From Negaprion brevirostris (lineage: Eukaryota), in assembly GCA_030324005.1 (NCBI GenBank), contig JARDVH010000031.1, positions 35,112,583 through 35,176,582 of the forward strand: DNA of 64,000 nt. Direction: 5' to 3'. Position 1 is the first letter of the stretch; each line of letters starts with the position of its first letter. Below the pieces are notes generated by a model. That model saw only the letters and a program-made list of their open reading frames with translations, had not been told where the DNA came from and searched no databases. A program made the position numbers and the translations under genes. Shown in pieces: positions 13,760-27,566 of the stretch.

Positions 13760-14810
13760 TGAGTTAGATAGCCATCAGATCTCTAATATACATGAATATA
13801 TATGGAGCCGGAGGACGGGAAGGATGTCAGATGAGTATCTCGCCTCTGTCTTCACTTGGAAGTCATGATGTGGATATGCCAGCGTTGGACTGGGGTAAAC
13901 TTCACTTGGAAGAAAAGATGTAGGTACAGAATTTGGGGGTATATAGCAGATGAAAATATGGACAGGGGATTGGTTGATAAGTAAGTTTGCAGATGACGTG
14001 AAAATTGGTTGGATATTTAATGGTGAGGAAGAGGGTCTTAGGTTGCAGAAAACATAGGTTGGTCAAGTTGACAGATCAGTAACAGATGGAATTTAATCCT
14101 GAAAAGTGATAAGGAAGTACTTAATTAATGGCAGGACTTGACGAAGCTCAAAGGGATGGATCTTGGGGTGCTTGTCCACAGGTCCCTGAAGGCATCAGAA
14201 CACGTCATTTGGGTAGTTAAGGCACATGGAACAGTTGCCTTCATCAGTTCTGGCATGGATTAAAAGAGCAGGAAAAGTTTGAGAGCTTCATAAGCTTTAG
14301 TTCGGTTACAGCTGGCTTACTATCTTCACTTCACTATAGGAAGGATGTGATTGCACTGTAGAGACAACAGAGGGGATTCACCAAGCTGTTGTCTGGGATT
14401 GAGCATTTGAGCTATGAAGAGAGATTGGATAGATTTGAGTTGTTTTCTTTAGAGCAGAGAAGGCTGAGAGGAGACCTGTTTGAGATATGTAAGATTGAGA
14501 TTACAGACAAGGTTGAGTGCGAGCAGCTGTTCCTCTTTGTTAAAGAGTCAATAATGAGGAGGCACAATTTTAAGGTGAGGGACTGGAGGTTTTGAGGGAA
14601 TCTGAGGAAATAGTTTTTTCACCCAGAAGTTGGGGCTAGTCTGGAATGAACTGCCTGTGAAAGTTGTGGAGGCAGGAACTTTGCAACCTTTAAAGATGAG
14701 CCCTTGAAATGTAACAACATTCAAAATGATGCGTTGAATGCTTTAAAGTGGAATTGGTATAGTTTTGTTGGAGCAGATTAGTGTCTTTTTTGTACTGTCT
14801 CTATGCTGTG
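13760..14810 (+). mobile_element. Decayed CR1 LINE ORF2 fragment
   Basis: aagtttgcagatgac (KFADD), LSYEERLDRFELFSLEQRRLRGDL. Confidence 0.88.
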
Positions 14811-15425
14811 AAGCTATAATAATTGTGTAATTGCAACAATCACACGGAAAAAAAGCATTTACCTTTCAAATGAGTGCGACAGCAGAAATTTTTCATTAAC
14901 ATTTTGTTGAGGATTCAACTTCTTCTCCCTCTCATGCTTTCTGGACTCCATTTCAAAATTTGGGCTCATTGGACTTTAGCTTAGCCTGTTTTGGATGTCA
15001 ATCCCACCTTTTCTTCCTTGTTCTCCAAATTGGGGAATAAAGGAAAAAGCCTGGGCGCGTGCTGTATCATTCTTCCAACATATACCTTGCAGTATCTTGG
15101 TACTTAACTGTACTGAGGGAAGCAGATTCATTGCTATCTTGTCCAAAAAACTGTTTATACACAACCTTTATCAAGACAAGAACCCAGAACTGAGGGTAAT
15201 TTTGAAGGAAGTTTTGCTGAGTAAACTTGAGATTCAATGCCAGATCCATTTTTAAAAAGTTACTCAATCCAACTCCCCATTCTATCAGAAAGCAACAGTA
15301 TATTAAACAATAATTTGCACCCCACCCCCATCATTTTGAATGTTGTTACATTTCAAGGGCTCATCTTTAAAGGTTGCAAAGTTCCTGCCTCCACTACTTT
15401 CACAGGCAGTTCATTCCAGACTAGC
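14635..15425. repeat. 97-bp inverted repeat (14635-14731 / 15329-15425)
   Basis: Arms are reverse complements with one mismatch; spacer ~600 bp. Confidence 0.95.
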
Positions 15426-16717
15426 ACCTTAACTACCAGCTGTTGCCATAGCTGCTTGTTGAAATTTGACCTAGGGTACCAGCTGCTCTCACTCTGCAAG
15501 ATCTCAAGTGAGGAGCTGACAGTTGTGGGGAGGCATTGGGTCTGGGGGGTATTGTGAGTTTGTGCAGCAGAGAGAAAGGGACTGACTATATTGTACATTG
15601 CCATTGAGATACATTTTCCATATCTCAATAAATTAGGTGTTCTGCTCTCAAGAACTGACTTCTAATACCAATATATAACAGTCATATGGAAACCCCTAAC
15701 ATGATGGCAGTCATGATGGATTATATGTTGCCTTGCAAACTCTCAAATTAAAACTTCGAAATTAGAAGATGTAAGAAATAAGAAACTGTAAATGTTGAAA
15801 ACTATGATATACTTGCAATTGGGTGGCAGTAAATGATGCTTTGTATTTTTAGTTTATGATTTAACCTGTACTCCTTAAACCTATCACAGCTGTGCAGTGT
15901 TATTGTCTATTCATTTTTATTATAATTTTTTTCTCAACTTGGGCAAGAACACTTTAGTTGGGGAAGGGATTCAAGCAGCTTCTATTTCAGCCACCAGGTG
16001 ACATTTTCATTTCCCAGATCATCTCTTCCTGTGGCCTTTCAGGTTGCTGATTTTGTATCAAATTTTTGTATCAAATATTTTGTGCTGAGAGACTGCAACC
16101 ACTTGTAACTTAGGGTGTTTAAAACTAGCAAAGAAGTAACTTCTGACAGATTAGTCTGGACTGATTTCAAACCCAAAACTCGGATGAAAGCACAGTACGC
16201 TCATCTACTGTGCCCCCCACTTTGTCAGCAATATGTACTTATATGTACATTAAGAAATAGTATGAAAAGGCTTGCCTTGAATTTGTTCAGGCACAAAAAT
16301 AACTTGCTGTAAAGACTTGCACATACACAGATCATATAATTCCATGGTGACAATAAAAAAAAAGCATATTTTCCACTATTCCTGTGTACAACATACCATG
16401 GTGCATGCTATTACTTTTTTTTGTAACCTTATGATTTATCCAGTAGTGCAAAATAAACACAATAGATTAGCATCAACAAATAGGGAACTTGGTAAACATG
16501 CAATGAATTTTGCATTTCTTAAGACAAGAAATATGTTGACACCGAGACCATGAACCACTCCCACCAAACCCCAGCTCTCAAACTACAAAAAACCACTCAG
16601 TTGGAAAGCATTGGAAATTTCATAATGAAATAGATTCTTGTATTAAGTAGTATTCGATTATGCAGTACTATATTTACTATTTACAAATGTGTTGACGTGA
16701 TGTTTACTACTCTTAAG

Positions 16718-16850
16718 TTTTTACAGTCGTGCTTTTGAAAAGATGTTTCACCAGTGCTTGGAGTTGCCTTCGCAGTCACGATATTCAATTGCTTTCCCAC
16801 TGGTTTGCACTCATTTTATGAGCTGCACTCATGAATTATGTCCTGAAGAG
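16718..16850 (+). CDS. NCKAP1: NCKAP1 coding exon (~exon 17, 133 bp)
   Basis: cttaag| ... gag|gtaagt; (C)[44 protein letters not shown]. Confidence 0.95.
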
Positions 16851-17432
16851 GTAAGTTTTTTTTTTCCTTGGTCTAAGTTGCAAATCTTTCAAAATATCAT
16901 GTTTATAGCAAAATATTGTGTAGTTATAAGATGACCTTCAGTCAACTAATGGCATGTTTCACCTTCACTTGTGGCCCTCTGAATATACCGAGAGAGTCCA
17001 CATTGTCCTCTCTCCTGTATGTTTAAAAAAAGACATTTCATGGAATTGCATTGAAATTATAATGTTGATGCATACCATTTGGTCCATTTTGATATTTATC
17101 CTCCATGCCAAGTTTCAGTACTAATCTTGTGCCTGTTCTGTTTCTGTATTCTTTATCCCCTTCCTTCAACCACCGACTGAATCAGTCCTTGAATCTTACC
17201 ACGATCTTTGCTGCAATTTTTAATTCCAATGGTGTATTTCACAGGCTTACGTTTCTTTTTTTTCTAAAGTTTCTCCTATCTGTCCAAATTGAGACCATGT
17301 CAACAGAATAGACTAAAGGGGTGGCTGAAAGAAAGATGGATAGAAGGAGATGGAAATGAGGCATGCATATGGGAATAGGTTAAAACATTTACTCCTTTTC
17401 TAAATAGCTTGTATTCTCATTTCTATGGGGGG

Positions 17433-17890
17433 AACATAAGAAATTAAAACAGGAGTGGGCCATATTACTCCGCCATTTAATAAGATCATGGCTGATTTTG
17501 ACATCCACTTCAATTTCTCACTCAATCCCCCATATTCCCTGGTTCTCTTAAAATCCAAAGATCTATCACTCTCGGCCTTCAGTACAAACAACAATTGAGT
17601 GTGCACAGTCCTCTGGTGTAGAAAATTCCAAAAATTTGCAATTTACTGAGTGAAAGCATTTCTCCTCAATTCAGTCCAAAATGGCCGTCCTCTTTAACCT
17701 GATTCTGTGTCTCAGAGTTATAGACTTTTTAGCCAGCAAAGTAACATTTCAAACGCCCTCTCATAAACTTGCATTTTAATAAGATTACCTCTCATTTTTC
17801 TAAACTCCAGAAAATATTGGACCATCCTACTCAATCTCAGATCATACTACAACCACTCATTTCTGGAATCAATCCAATGAACATTAATGC
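17433..17890 (-). mobile_element. CR1 LINE 3' fragment
   Basis: aacataagaaat...taagatcatggctgat tail signature. Confidence 0.8.
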
Positions 17891-18104
17891 GCTAACGATG
17901 TTAGCGGTTGTGGGATTTAAACAGAAGGAAAAGATCTGGCTTGCACATGTAGATTGAATATAACAGACAATGTAGGAGCTGTTGCCTGCATAGAGTAGAA
18001 AAATGAAAATAAAGGCAGCACTCGAGTGGCATCGCCATCAGATCTAAAAGCAGTCACGCAACCTCTTAAATATATAACAACCCGTCTGCCCACCGTTAGC
18101 TTCT

Positions 18105-18118
18105 GTTGTCATGGCAAC
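18105..18118. promoter_or_regulatory. RFX X-box-like palindrome GTTGTCATGGCAAC
   Basis: 13/14 match to GTTGCCATGGCAAC; motif only, no functional data. Confidence 0.35.
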
Positions 18119-19149
18119 AAATTGCTAGGATTTCGAACAAATTACCAATAATACTGTAGACACAGCACTATGCATCATTAATCATTATGCACAGTCAAGA
18201 AGAAAGTCGATCAGGCAGATGTCTACTCCTCTTTGATTATATAAGACTGTAGTGAGGGTTTCTTTAGTGGCCTGACTTCTCAAAAACTTAAAAATACTTT
18301 TAAAAAACTCGCAAAGGCAAGGTCACTGCTCAAGAGGTGATTAAAATTTACTTTAAGACGTAAAAATCGTACGAAGCAGACAAAACATCAACCTACAGCC
18401 ATTGGGAGAAGTTCAGCTGGTTGAATAGCTCTGGATCAGTGCTACTAGACCCCTCCAAAGATTTTTGCCAGTGAGCCAAGGTACAATTATACCTTCCACT
18501 ATCTAAGATACTCCTAATTAGCTTAGATTCAATTTCATTTCATATTATAATGTCAGTCCAAAACATGACAGATTACCTCAGCCAATTGCGATGCACAACT
18601 TGACATAATGAAATTTCATTTGTCTGTCTTAATACCAGATTTATTCCCTCTGGCAAGACTCATACCTCCTTGTGGCTAAAGGTGCCTCTATCCTAATAGT
18701 ATTCCCATAGGCATATTGCCACAACAATCTGATAGTCTCTCTTCTGGGCCCATGAGAAGACACACTTTCTATGTCCTGGACAATAGACACCTTATTATTT
18801 TGACACTTTGTTTCAGTTGTTGACAGTTACAGGACTCAAAACTATATATTCTGCTGAATAATGGATTCTAGCTATTGAACTTTTGAACTCCTATCAGCAT
18901 TTCTGCAGTACTTGCATTTTGACTTGAACAAATATATTAAAAATATACTTAATATATTAAAATACATCACTTAATATTTAAATATATGAATAATATTTAA
19001 AAATCATATCTCATTTACTTTAGCAAAATAAATGAGCAAACAGTTAACATTATCTTGTTTGGTAAAAATCATCTCAACCCTTTCACTCCAAGCTACCACT
19101 CAAAATTAAAAATCTACCTTAGGATTTTTTAGTTGATTCAAAATCCTCT

Positions 19150-20130
19150 TCCACAGTGATGTTGTGGAACTTGGCTGTCCTTGACCCTAGAAGTAAGATT
19201 TGGAACTTAAGTAGACACTTCTTCTCTTCGAACTAATCCTGTATCATTCTCACGCTGTATAGTAGCATAGACACGATCATCAGGCAGCTCAGATTCAACT
19301 GAATTTTTTGTAGTATGATTAACAACACTAGGGACTCGAGAAGTTGGTACCTCTGGAGACAATTTGGAGAAATCATTTCAAGATGACGAAAACTAGCATG
19401 GCAACAGCAAATTAGTTCATCTTTAGTTTGAACTGTGTAACAAATTGGACCTGTTTTTGCTAAAACTATGGCTAGTACCCATTTCTCACTCATGGCATAA
19501 TTACACATGAAAATTCAATCTCCTTGTTGAAATATGTTGTTCTGCCTTCACTTCTCATCTAGCAACATGATTGTTGTTGGCGCTCTACTTTCTCCTGATG
19601 TTTCGGGAGGTAATAACAAATCAAACGTCGTTAATTTTCTCTTTAAGAGTAGTAATGCAAGTGAATTTTGGGTAGTTATATGAGTAGTGTTTTTATAAGA
19701 TCCCAAAAAATTATTCACATGACGTGATAACAAACTTTGCTCTCTTGAAGCTTTTAAAGAATGTTTTCAAGGATTGTAGGAATCTTTCAACTAATCCATT
19801 GGTTGATCCTCAAACTCTTGTGAAGTAAACTGCTATAAACCATTATTGCTAACAATTTGTTCTAGTTTACCGAATATTGCAAAAAATGTTGTCAAGTTTT
19901 TCAGTGGTTTGTTCAGTTGTAGTAGTTTTTATGATAACTTCTGATCACTTTGAGTGTGCATCAATTATGACTAAGAACATTAACATCAAACGGACCACAA
20001 AATCTTCATGAAATCATTGCCATGGCATTTTAGGCCATTCCAAGGGCATAAAGGAGACAACAGTGGTGTATTTCTTATTTGCGCACAGGATTGACACTGT
20101 CTTACTTTTTCTTCAATCTGATATTCTACA
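19150..20130 (-). mobile_element. Decayed Ty3/Gypsy (Mag/K02A2.6-like) integrase fragment
   Basis: Minus-strand translation with stops/frameshifts: VRQCQSCAQ (Zn finger CC), WPKMPWQ*FHEDF, FLVIIDAHSK, IVSNNG..FTSQEF, NGLVERFLQSLK, SYKNTTH, KW...KTGPICYTV (GPY/F-like tail). Confidence 0.85.
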
Positions 20131-23100
20131 CATGTAGTTTTTCAGCGCTAGGAAAGTCGTTCGGAATTAAGACTTAGTACTATTAAATGCACTGTTACAC
20201 CTCATTCAACAAGGCAATTTGTTTGCTTTTCTAAAAAAAAGCGATATTACAGTATAATCCAAGTGATTTCTAAAGATTTATGTGCATTCTGAAATCTTCA
20301 ATAACTCACTTTGTGGAGGAGCAAGGAATCATTGGCACAAACTTACAGATTTCCCATACCAGAAGTTTCAGTTTAACAGTTGTAATGATGGCATATGTTG
20401 ACAGTTTTGCCATCATTACAATGGAAAAATATGGGCCGTTAAATGTTATAAATGAAATGAACCTAGATTCAATTTAGGGTAAACCAGGGTTTTTTTTTCA
20501 GAATCTGGAAAACCAGGTGTTTAGTAAAAGACTGAAGCCATAAGATTCATGGTTTGAACTAAAGAGTTTTACTACATACATATCAAAGAACATGAACTAT
20601 AATAACTACACTCTATCCTAAGTAGTTAGTAACATTAAAGATGATAAAAATGCAATGAACGCAATTATCTGTACTCCATATCAAATGTCCTTCTATAGGC
20701 AATAGATTTTATGTCCTTTCAGATGCTTGACAAAATCCCGAAGATAAACCTCATGGTTTGAATATGTCAATTGTATATAGGCTAAGATTTCTTGGCCTTC
20801 TGTTTAAATCCAGCAGGGTGGTCCCTTCAAACCTCCTCCAACACCTCCTAAGGTTACAAACTTCCTGTTCTACAGAGCCACCTCTATTCAGAATGTCTCG
20901 TGTTCCAATAATCTTTAACAATGAAGTTTTGTATCTCGTGCTCACTCTCCCTCGTGTGCTCTTTCTCTTTTACTCGCTCGGTCTTGCCCTGAAGCTTGGC
21001 TGTACCAAAAATTCAACACTCAAGGTGACATCCTTCAGTTAACAAGAGTTTTAACTATTGCTAGATTCTGTTAAGAGGTATTTCCTTCACTCCAGCTTGT
21101 TCTAAACTCTCTCACTAAGCTACTGAAATAGAGAACCACATCTACGAGCCTACTTGCCTTTATATTTAACTTAGCACTTATTTTCTAATGTTCACCTCTC
21201 CAGCTACCTGATCCCATGGAAGATAGAGGCTTATTTACTCTGAAATCAGATTCTAATATTTAAAGGGACCATCACCTCAATTTTTTTCTTAAAGCACATG
21301 GGCCATCATACCAATATAACAATAATAGGAGCTATGAATTTAAGTTAGTAAAAGACGCATGTCAAAATCTAAACTGATAAGAATTTTTAGAATTGTGTTG
21401 ATAACAATTTGCCATGCATGTTCAAAATGTATTTTGCAGCTGAGGTGGATATTGGAGCCCAGCCTAATTGACCAAATTATCCTTTGTCTTTGTAAAATAC
21501 CAAGCATTTTTCCTAAAAATGAACATTGTAGCATTGAGTAGATGTTTTGGTTATGCTGCTTTAGTTTCATATTTTGCTAAATGCCTTTTTTAAAATTTTG
21601 GTAGCTGTTTTAACAGTGTATTTATCTGAAACATAAAAATGTTTCATGAAACATTTGTTGTTTGGAATGTAACATCAATTTTTATTTAAGCATTTTTAAT
21701 GCACAGTAGGTCTAGAGTTTAGTCTGACTGGTTTTGGAAATAGCATGCCTGTAACAATCTCATATCCCATTACAATGTGGATAGGCAGTATTATACTGGT
21801 CTACTGTTGCCACGTTCTGTTAAGCCTCCAGAACATGCCACACTGAGGAACTACTGATTTCAGTCATTGACCATGGTGATAGACAGAAGGAACTTGCCAG
21901 CTTCAAGGGCTCCTAATACATGTCAATAGTAAGCACATAATCCGTGTTGGTTGCCAAATATCAGCTCAGCAAGTTTATCATGGAGACTTCATATCATTGA
22001 AATTCCAATCGCACATGGAGATCGCACTGATACACCCATTTGCAGTTGGCACCAGCAATCCAAATAGATAGGAAGATCAAAAGTGAATACCTCCACGAAA
22101 GCAATTAAATGAGCCACAAAACACATGGGTATTAGAAATTAATTATTTAAGCAAATTGGTCATAGGAATGATTAATTGAAAACAATTTGCAAAAATGACC
22201 CCTGCCTGGAATTCTAAGCAGAACTTTTAAAATTTTGACCGAAAGTTTAAAGCCTTTTTTTTAACCTGAAGTTCCTTGTCAGGCTTTTTTATATATTTGG
22301 TTACATCTCTTGTTGCTGATTATTTTTCAGTGTAGGAAATCTATCACACACAACATTAGTAGTTAAACCCTGATAGTTCCAAATATATAAAAACTTTTGA
22401 TAAGGCAAATGGCAGCAATTCAACTATTTCCACTGAGCCCGATGGGTCGTTCTTTGTCCAAGAGTTGTACTGTTAATAACAATTGCCAATAAATTGCATG
22501 GTTCCTTTCACAGTCAGCCAGTGTCCCTTAATGAAGAGCAAATGCAAGCTGGGCTGTCCAGCAGCATTGGTTCGTACCATGGTCTTCATTGAGATTCATG
22601 ATTTTTACTGTGTTACTGAATAACATGGCCGTAATTGGGTCACTCTGTGTCCTCCTTAATTGGAGTAATCTAGTTGTAACTCCATGGAGTAACTGTTACA
22701 ACACTCCTTTGATGGGGAAGGCATTTTTGATAGTATCGTTGAGGAATTCCTAGAAGATTTGAAGAACCACTAATTTATGAGCAGTTTAGGAAATAACAGT
22801 GAAATGTAGATGCTGTTTTTATGAGCCCTATTCGTTCAGCCAAAAGGCCATGAAAAACTTCAGTACAGCAAGTGGCAGCAATTTTATGGGCCAATATTTC
22901 TAAGCCCTGTAGTCTGGAACAAAGCTGCATTCATGCTAAGAGACTGGCTATAGTTCTGAATCCATGTAGGCATTGTGACAATGAATTGCTAGAGCCAAAA
23001 TTTCTGATGACAGAAATTTCAAATTTTGTACAAGTCTGGCTACTATCAGAGAGACATGTCCTTTTTCATTTGGAGCTCAGTTCTAAGATTTTGCAAAATA

Positions 23101-26100
23101 ATCTGATCAGATAATGTGAGATCTAATGCAGCATAGATAAATTATTTACGTAAGGCACAACTGAACAAATTTGCTCTTAAGAGGACAAAGCATAATGCTG
23201 TTTGGTATCATCATGCTAAAAAAAATGAGTTGTGTCCAATATCAATCCTCAATACTATTCTACTACTCCGTGTTTGAAAATTGCCAGAGTTCCTTGGATC
23301 ACTTGGAAAATACGCCCAGATGAGTAGCTAGCTGATATGTTTCAGTATGTTACACTTTGTGAAACAGATGGAAAATATTCTATATAAAAAAAAGTAGGTT
23401 TTTCTTACTTGCAACTTAGATTTACAAGCAGGTAAAACTGACCTCTAATAAGCTTGACAGTTTACAAGGTACTACAATCACTTGCATTCTGCCAGTAAAT
23501 ACAGAGTTGTGTTCTTAAAGCAACAAGCAAGGTTAATCACGGCTTCACCTCAGAACTATATATCATTATCATGCTTCAAACCTCAAATAAGTAACACCAT
23601 AGGAGATGACTTCATGACCTAAAAGTATCTACTTGCATACAGGGATGGCATTGAAATTTTGTCAGGTTAAGTTTCAACGAATTTAGACAGCAGCTTTCAT
23701 TTTAGTAGCACTCATTACATAGATTTGAGTGCTTTATTGGGCAGTGCGGACTCTCAATGGCAGGCAAGAGTGCAAAACAGACAAGTGGGCAGAAGTGCAG
23801 TTGAAAAGGAGTCTCCTGGGAGAATTTCCTAAGTAGGGAGCGTTCTTGCACAACGCTGAAATGTGGTCATGAAGTGCAGAATAAGAAGTAGGCTGGTATT
23901 GGCATGTTAGAGATTGTTGGTGTGGAAGGATTTTGAAGGTGCAGGAACCTTTGTCTATGGAACACCAATGAAAGCCAATGAAAGCTTCATGAGGACAAGA
24001 TGATGAGGATGTATGATATGTTATAGGTGAAGATACAGTCTGCAGAATTCCAGATGATTTGCAGTTTGAGTGGTAGATTGAGGAAGACATCCATAGGTAG
24101 TTCAGCTGCAAGAGGAACAAATTATGGATTAAAGTTCTAGTGGTTGTTAACAGATGCCAGGATATGGGTAAAATTGAGTGATAAATATTCTAATGAAAAG
24201 GAAACTAAAATTAGGGTAGAATAATTTGCTCTGGTGCTGTTGTTATCCTCAAAATCCAGCTAGCTTACAAGAGTGCATCCAGTGTGCACCTCAAGAAACA
24301 TTTCTATGCTTAATCATATCTGGATTCTTGAGTTCTTCATCAGGAATTCACTGGCACAATAGTGCAACTTCTACTTTGGTTCAGGAACTTGACTTAGTCA
24401 ATTAAAATAACATCTAAACCCAAGGGAAAATCTAATGTTTTGGTGACTGGGGGANNNNNNNNNNNNNNNNNNNNNNNNNNNNNNNNNNNNNNNNNNNNNN
24501 NNNNNNNNNNNNNNNNNNNNNNNNNNNNNNNNNNNNNNNNNNNNNNNNNNNNNNTGACTGGGGGAGCGGGGGGGATTATTTCAAATTGGCTTAATGACCA
24601 TCTTTTAGTGTCTGAAGCTGTGTTCATTAAGGCAATGCCCTGCATCTCCTGTGGTGATCTCTTAAATTCTGGTTGTAGCCATAGCTACACAGCTTGCAGC
24701 TGTCAGAAGATGGATCCCAGTTCTAAGAGTTTGTTGAGGGGCGGTGAGGATTCAGGTCTGGGGAGGGGTATTCAAAGAAGGTGAATATGCTTTCACACTG
24801 TTATGGTCTTGGTGAACAATGCTGTGGTGGGCTCCTATAATAGAATAAGGACTTGCTCCTGATCCTATATAAATTCAGTTTTCCTATTGTATAAAGCATC
24901 AGATCACAGTTTCAGTGCAAGAAGAAGCCATTTGGCCCATTGTGTATCCACTGGCTCTCCATATGAGTATTATAACTTAGTGCTGATCCTTGTGCCTGTG
25001 CATAGATTGACATTTTGATTCGACATTTATACAGAGAAAGTGGAAAAGCGGCAGCTAATTTGGTTGTTTAAATATCCTCACTATCCTGGCTCCCTAACAT
25101 TCTAACAACGAGCAGGGACAGGATCTAACTGCCTTGCAGGTGAGATGACACTCAGGACTCCTAAGGAAATAAATATTATCTAGTGTTTTCTAGTTAATAA
25201 CTTGGCTATTGAAAGACAGACAATGTTAGAACAAGACTTTGTTCATGAACATGTCCACAAAATAAGATTTCAAATGCAAAGTGAAAATGTTTAGAAAATT
25301 GGTACGTATAGTTGTTTAAACATATATCATTGCCTAGTCCCCATATTCTCTATATTTCATGAGCTGTTTGTGCTTTGTTTAATATATTGGTTCCCTGTTA
25401 ATGACCTGCAAGTCCTTCTCATCTATCAATTGTGTTTAGCTTTTCTATTTTGACTAGACAGTCAAATAATAGTATAAAATTACTTTCCAGTTTGATTTGG
25501 ACAATGAAACTGTTGAACTATTTTATCCAATTGAAAACAGAATGGTTGTTTTCACTGTGTAGAGATTCATTAGAGACTTAATTTGCAGTGCCCCTCAAAC
25601 AATTTTCAGAGTTTTGTTGTCTTTCATTACTGTTTGTTCAAAAATGTGAAGTAAAGCAGTAACCAAGTAGTTGATGATTGAGTATGTTCTATATTTGTTA
25701 TTTTACTGAAAAAAGCAACTGCTGAAAAGCCATTCCCAACCATTCTTGTGTATGGTTAAAACTAAATTCCATTTGATTTTTTTTTCTAAGGCTGCCACAT
25801 GAAAATGCCATGTGTTCACTTTGCATTGTTATCTAGTTCTTACATGAGGCCTTTCCCTGTGAACTTGATGTGCCTTAAAGGATGGTTAAATTGTGAATAA
25901 AAGTAGATTAACTAGTATGAAATTTTCCTTCACTAATCACTTGATATCTTGTTCCTTAACCCAACCCCGTTATCTCATCAGGCCTAGTGAGGGCATAGGT
26001 TTTAGGGCATAGGGATGGGTCTGAGATGGAGGGGAACTAGGGGTGATCATCATGTACATTTTGTACCAAAGAGAAATCCTGCTTTAGTACAATTCCTGGA

Positions 26101-26344
26101 CCCATATCTAATGCAAGTGTTGTGATGTTCTGTGTGCACAAAGCAACTGTCTTCTTCAGAACTAAATCAGGTTAGGCATTTTAAGTGTATCCCATCATTT
26201 GACTACTGAAGTTGCCAAGAAGTGGTCATACATTATGGTGTTGTTAATTCCCACTTAGATTGTCCCCACTTAAGTTCGTCGTACAGTAGATCTGTTCAGA
26301 TTCCAAAGTTTTTTTTACAGTTTTGTCAATTCTGAATTTTATAG

Positions 26345-26464
26345 AGGCATCATATTGGAGACCGCAGTCTTTCACTGTGCAACATGTTCCTTGATGAAAT
26401 GGCAAAGCAAGCCCGCAATCTCATCACAGACATATGTACAGAGCAGTGCACTCTTAGTGACCAG
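26345..26464 (+). CDS. NCKAP1: NCKAP1 coding exon (~exon 18, 120 bp)
   Basis: ttatag| ... cag|gtaaga; [40 protein letters not shown]. Confidence 0.96.
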
Positions 26465-27029
26465 GTAAGATTCCAACTTCTACATTTTGGAGGAAAGATG
26501 ATTTCTTTAACTGGATTAAGAAATTTCCATACACTTGAGACCTTTCCTCATACCTGTCACCTGCATATATAATACCATTGTTATTTTCTACAAAAAGGTC
26601 AATAATGATCCTGTGTCCACCAAAATCGAACAATTTGCTGCATAAAAAGTATTTTCACGTCTTCTGATTTTTTTTTGACAATTTGTGCCCTCCAGTTAAG
26701 TTTCTCTTTATTCATACCTTACTCTGCAGCCTTCATATCTTTTCTGAAGAGTGTTGCCCAAAACTGGACATAATACACCATTCCAGAACTGAGCAAAGTT
26801 TTTTTTTATATAGGTCCAACTTGATAGTAAATGGTTAGATTTTGGTGGATACAGATTCAATATTGGCCTTGAGAATAGAATTGGATGAATATTTGAAGGA
26901 GAAAAAAATATTGCTGGTAAAGGTTTGGAGAGAGGGACTAACTGGATTGCTGTTTGAAAGAGAGACAAGGTTGGATAGCCTTGATAGGCATATGTTCCTT
27001 TCTTGTGCTATTCTATCATTCTGATTATA

Positions 27030-27560
27030 GGTTCAAGCTCCACATCAGCATTTGAGTATGTAATCTGGCTGACATTTGATTTGCAGTACTGAGGGAGCAT
27101 AGATGCTGTTTTTTTGGACATTGCAGAGATCCCATCTATCTGGAGGGACAGGGGATGTCTGTAGAAATGTTATGATTTGTTTATAGGTGTTGCGTACTGG
27201 AGTTATCCACATTGTTATTAGCCCTGGTCACCCAGTAGCCACCCTTTGGTTTGCCACGGTGGCCAAAATGCAGCTGACCAAGCAATTGGCCGCAGAACGA
27301 AGGCATCGTGACATCTGCCTGGATGCTTGCCATTGACATTTACCTATGTTATTTGATCTCTATGGTCAGAGAAGAGTAGGATATATTCTTGATATCTGGC
27401 CAGTATACTTCACTGAACCAAAAAAAATGTTCATCTCACTGCTGTTGTGAAATGCTGTTCTGTACAATTTGACTTCTCTGTTTACGTACACAGAACAAAT
27501 GAGCACAGGTTCTGTAATTCATTGGCATCAGAGTGCTTTGCGATGTCCTGTAGATGTCAG
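27030..27560 (+). mobile_element. Ancient DeuSINE (SacSINE1/AmnSINE-like), with an internal insert
   Basis: gttcaag...aatctggctgaca...gcagtactgagggagc head; ttcattggc...gtgctttgcgatgtcctg tail (pattern recall). Confidence 0.65.
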
Positions 27561-27566
27561 ATTATA

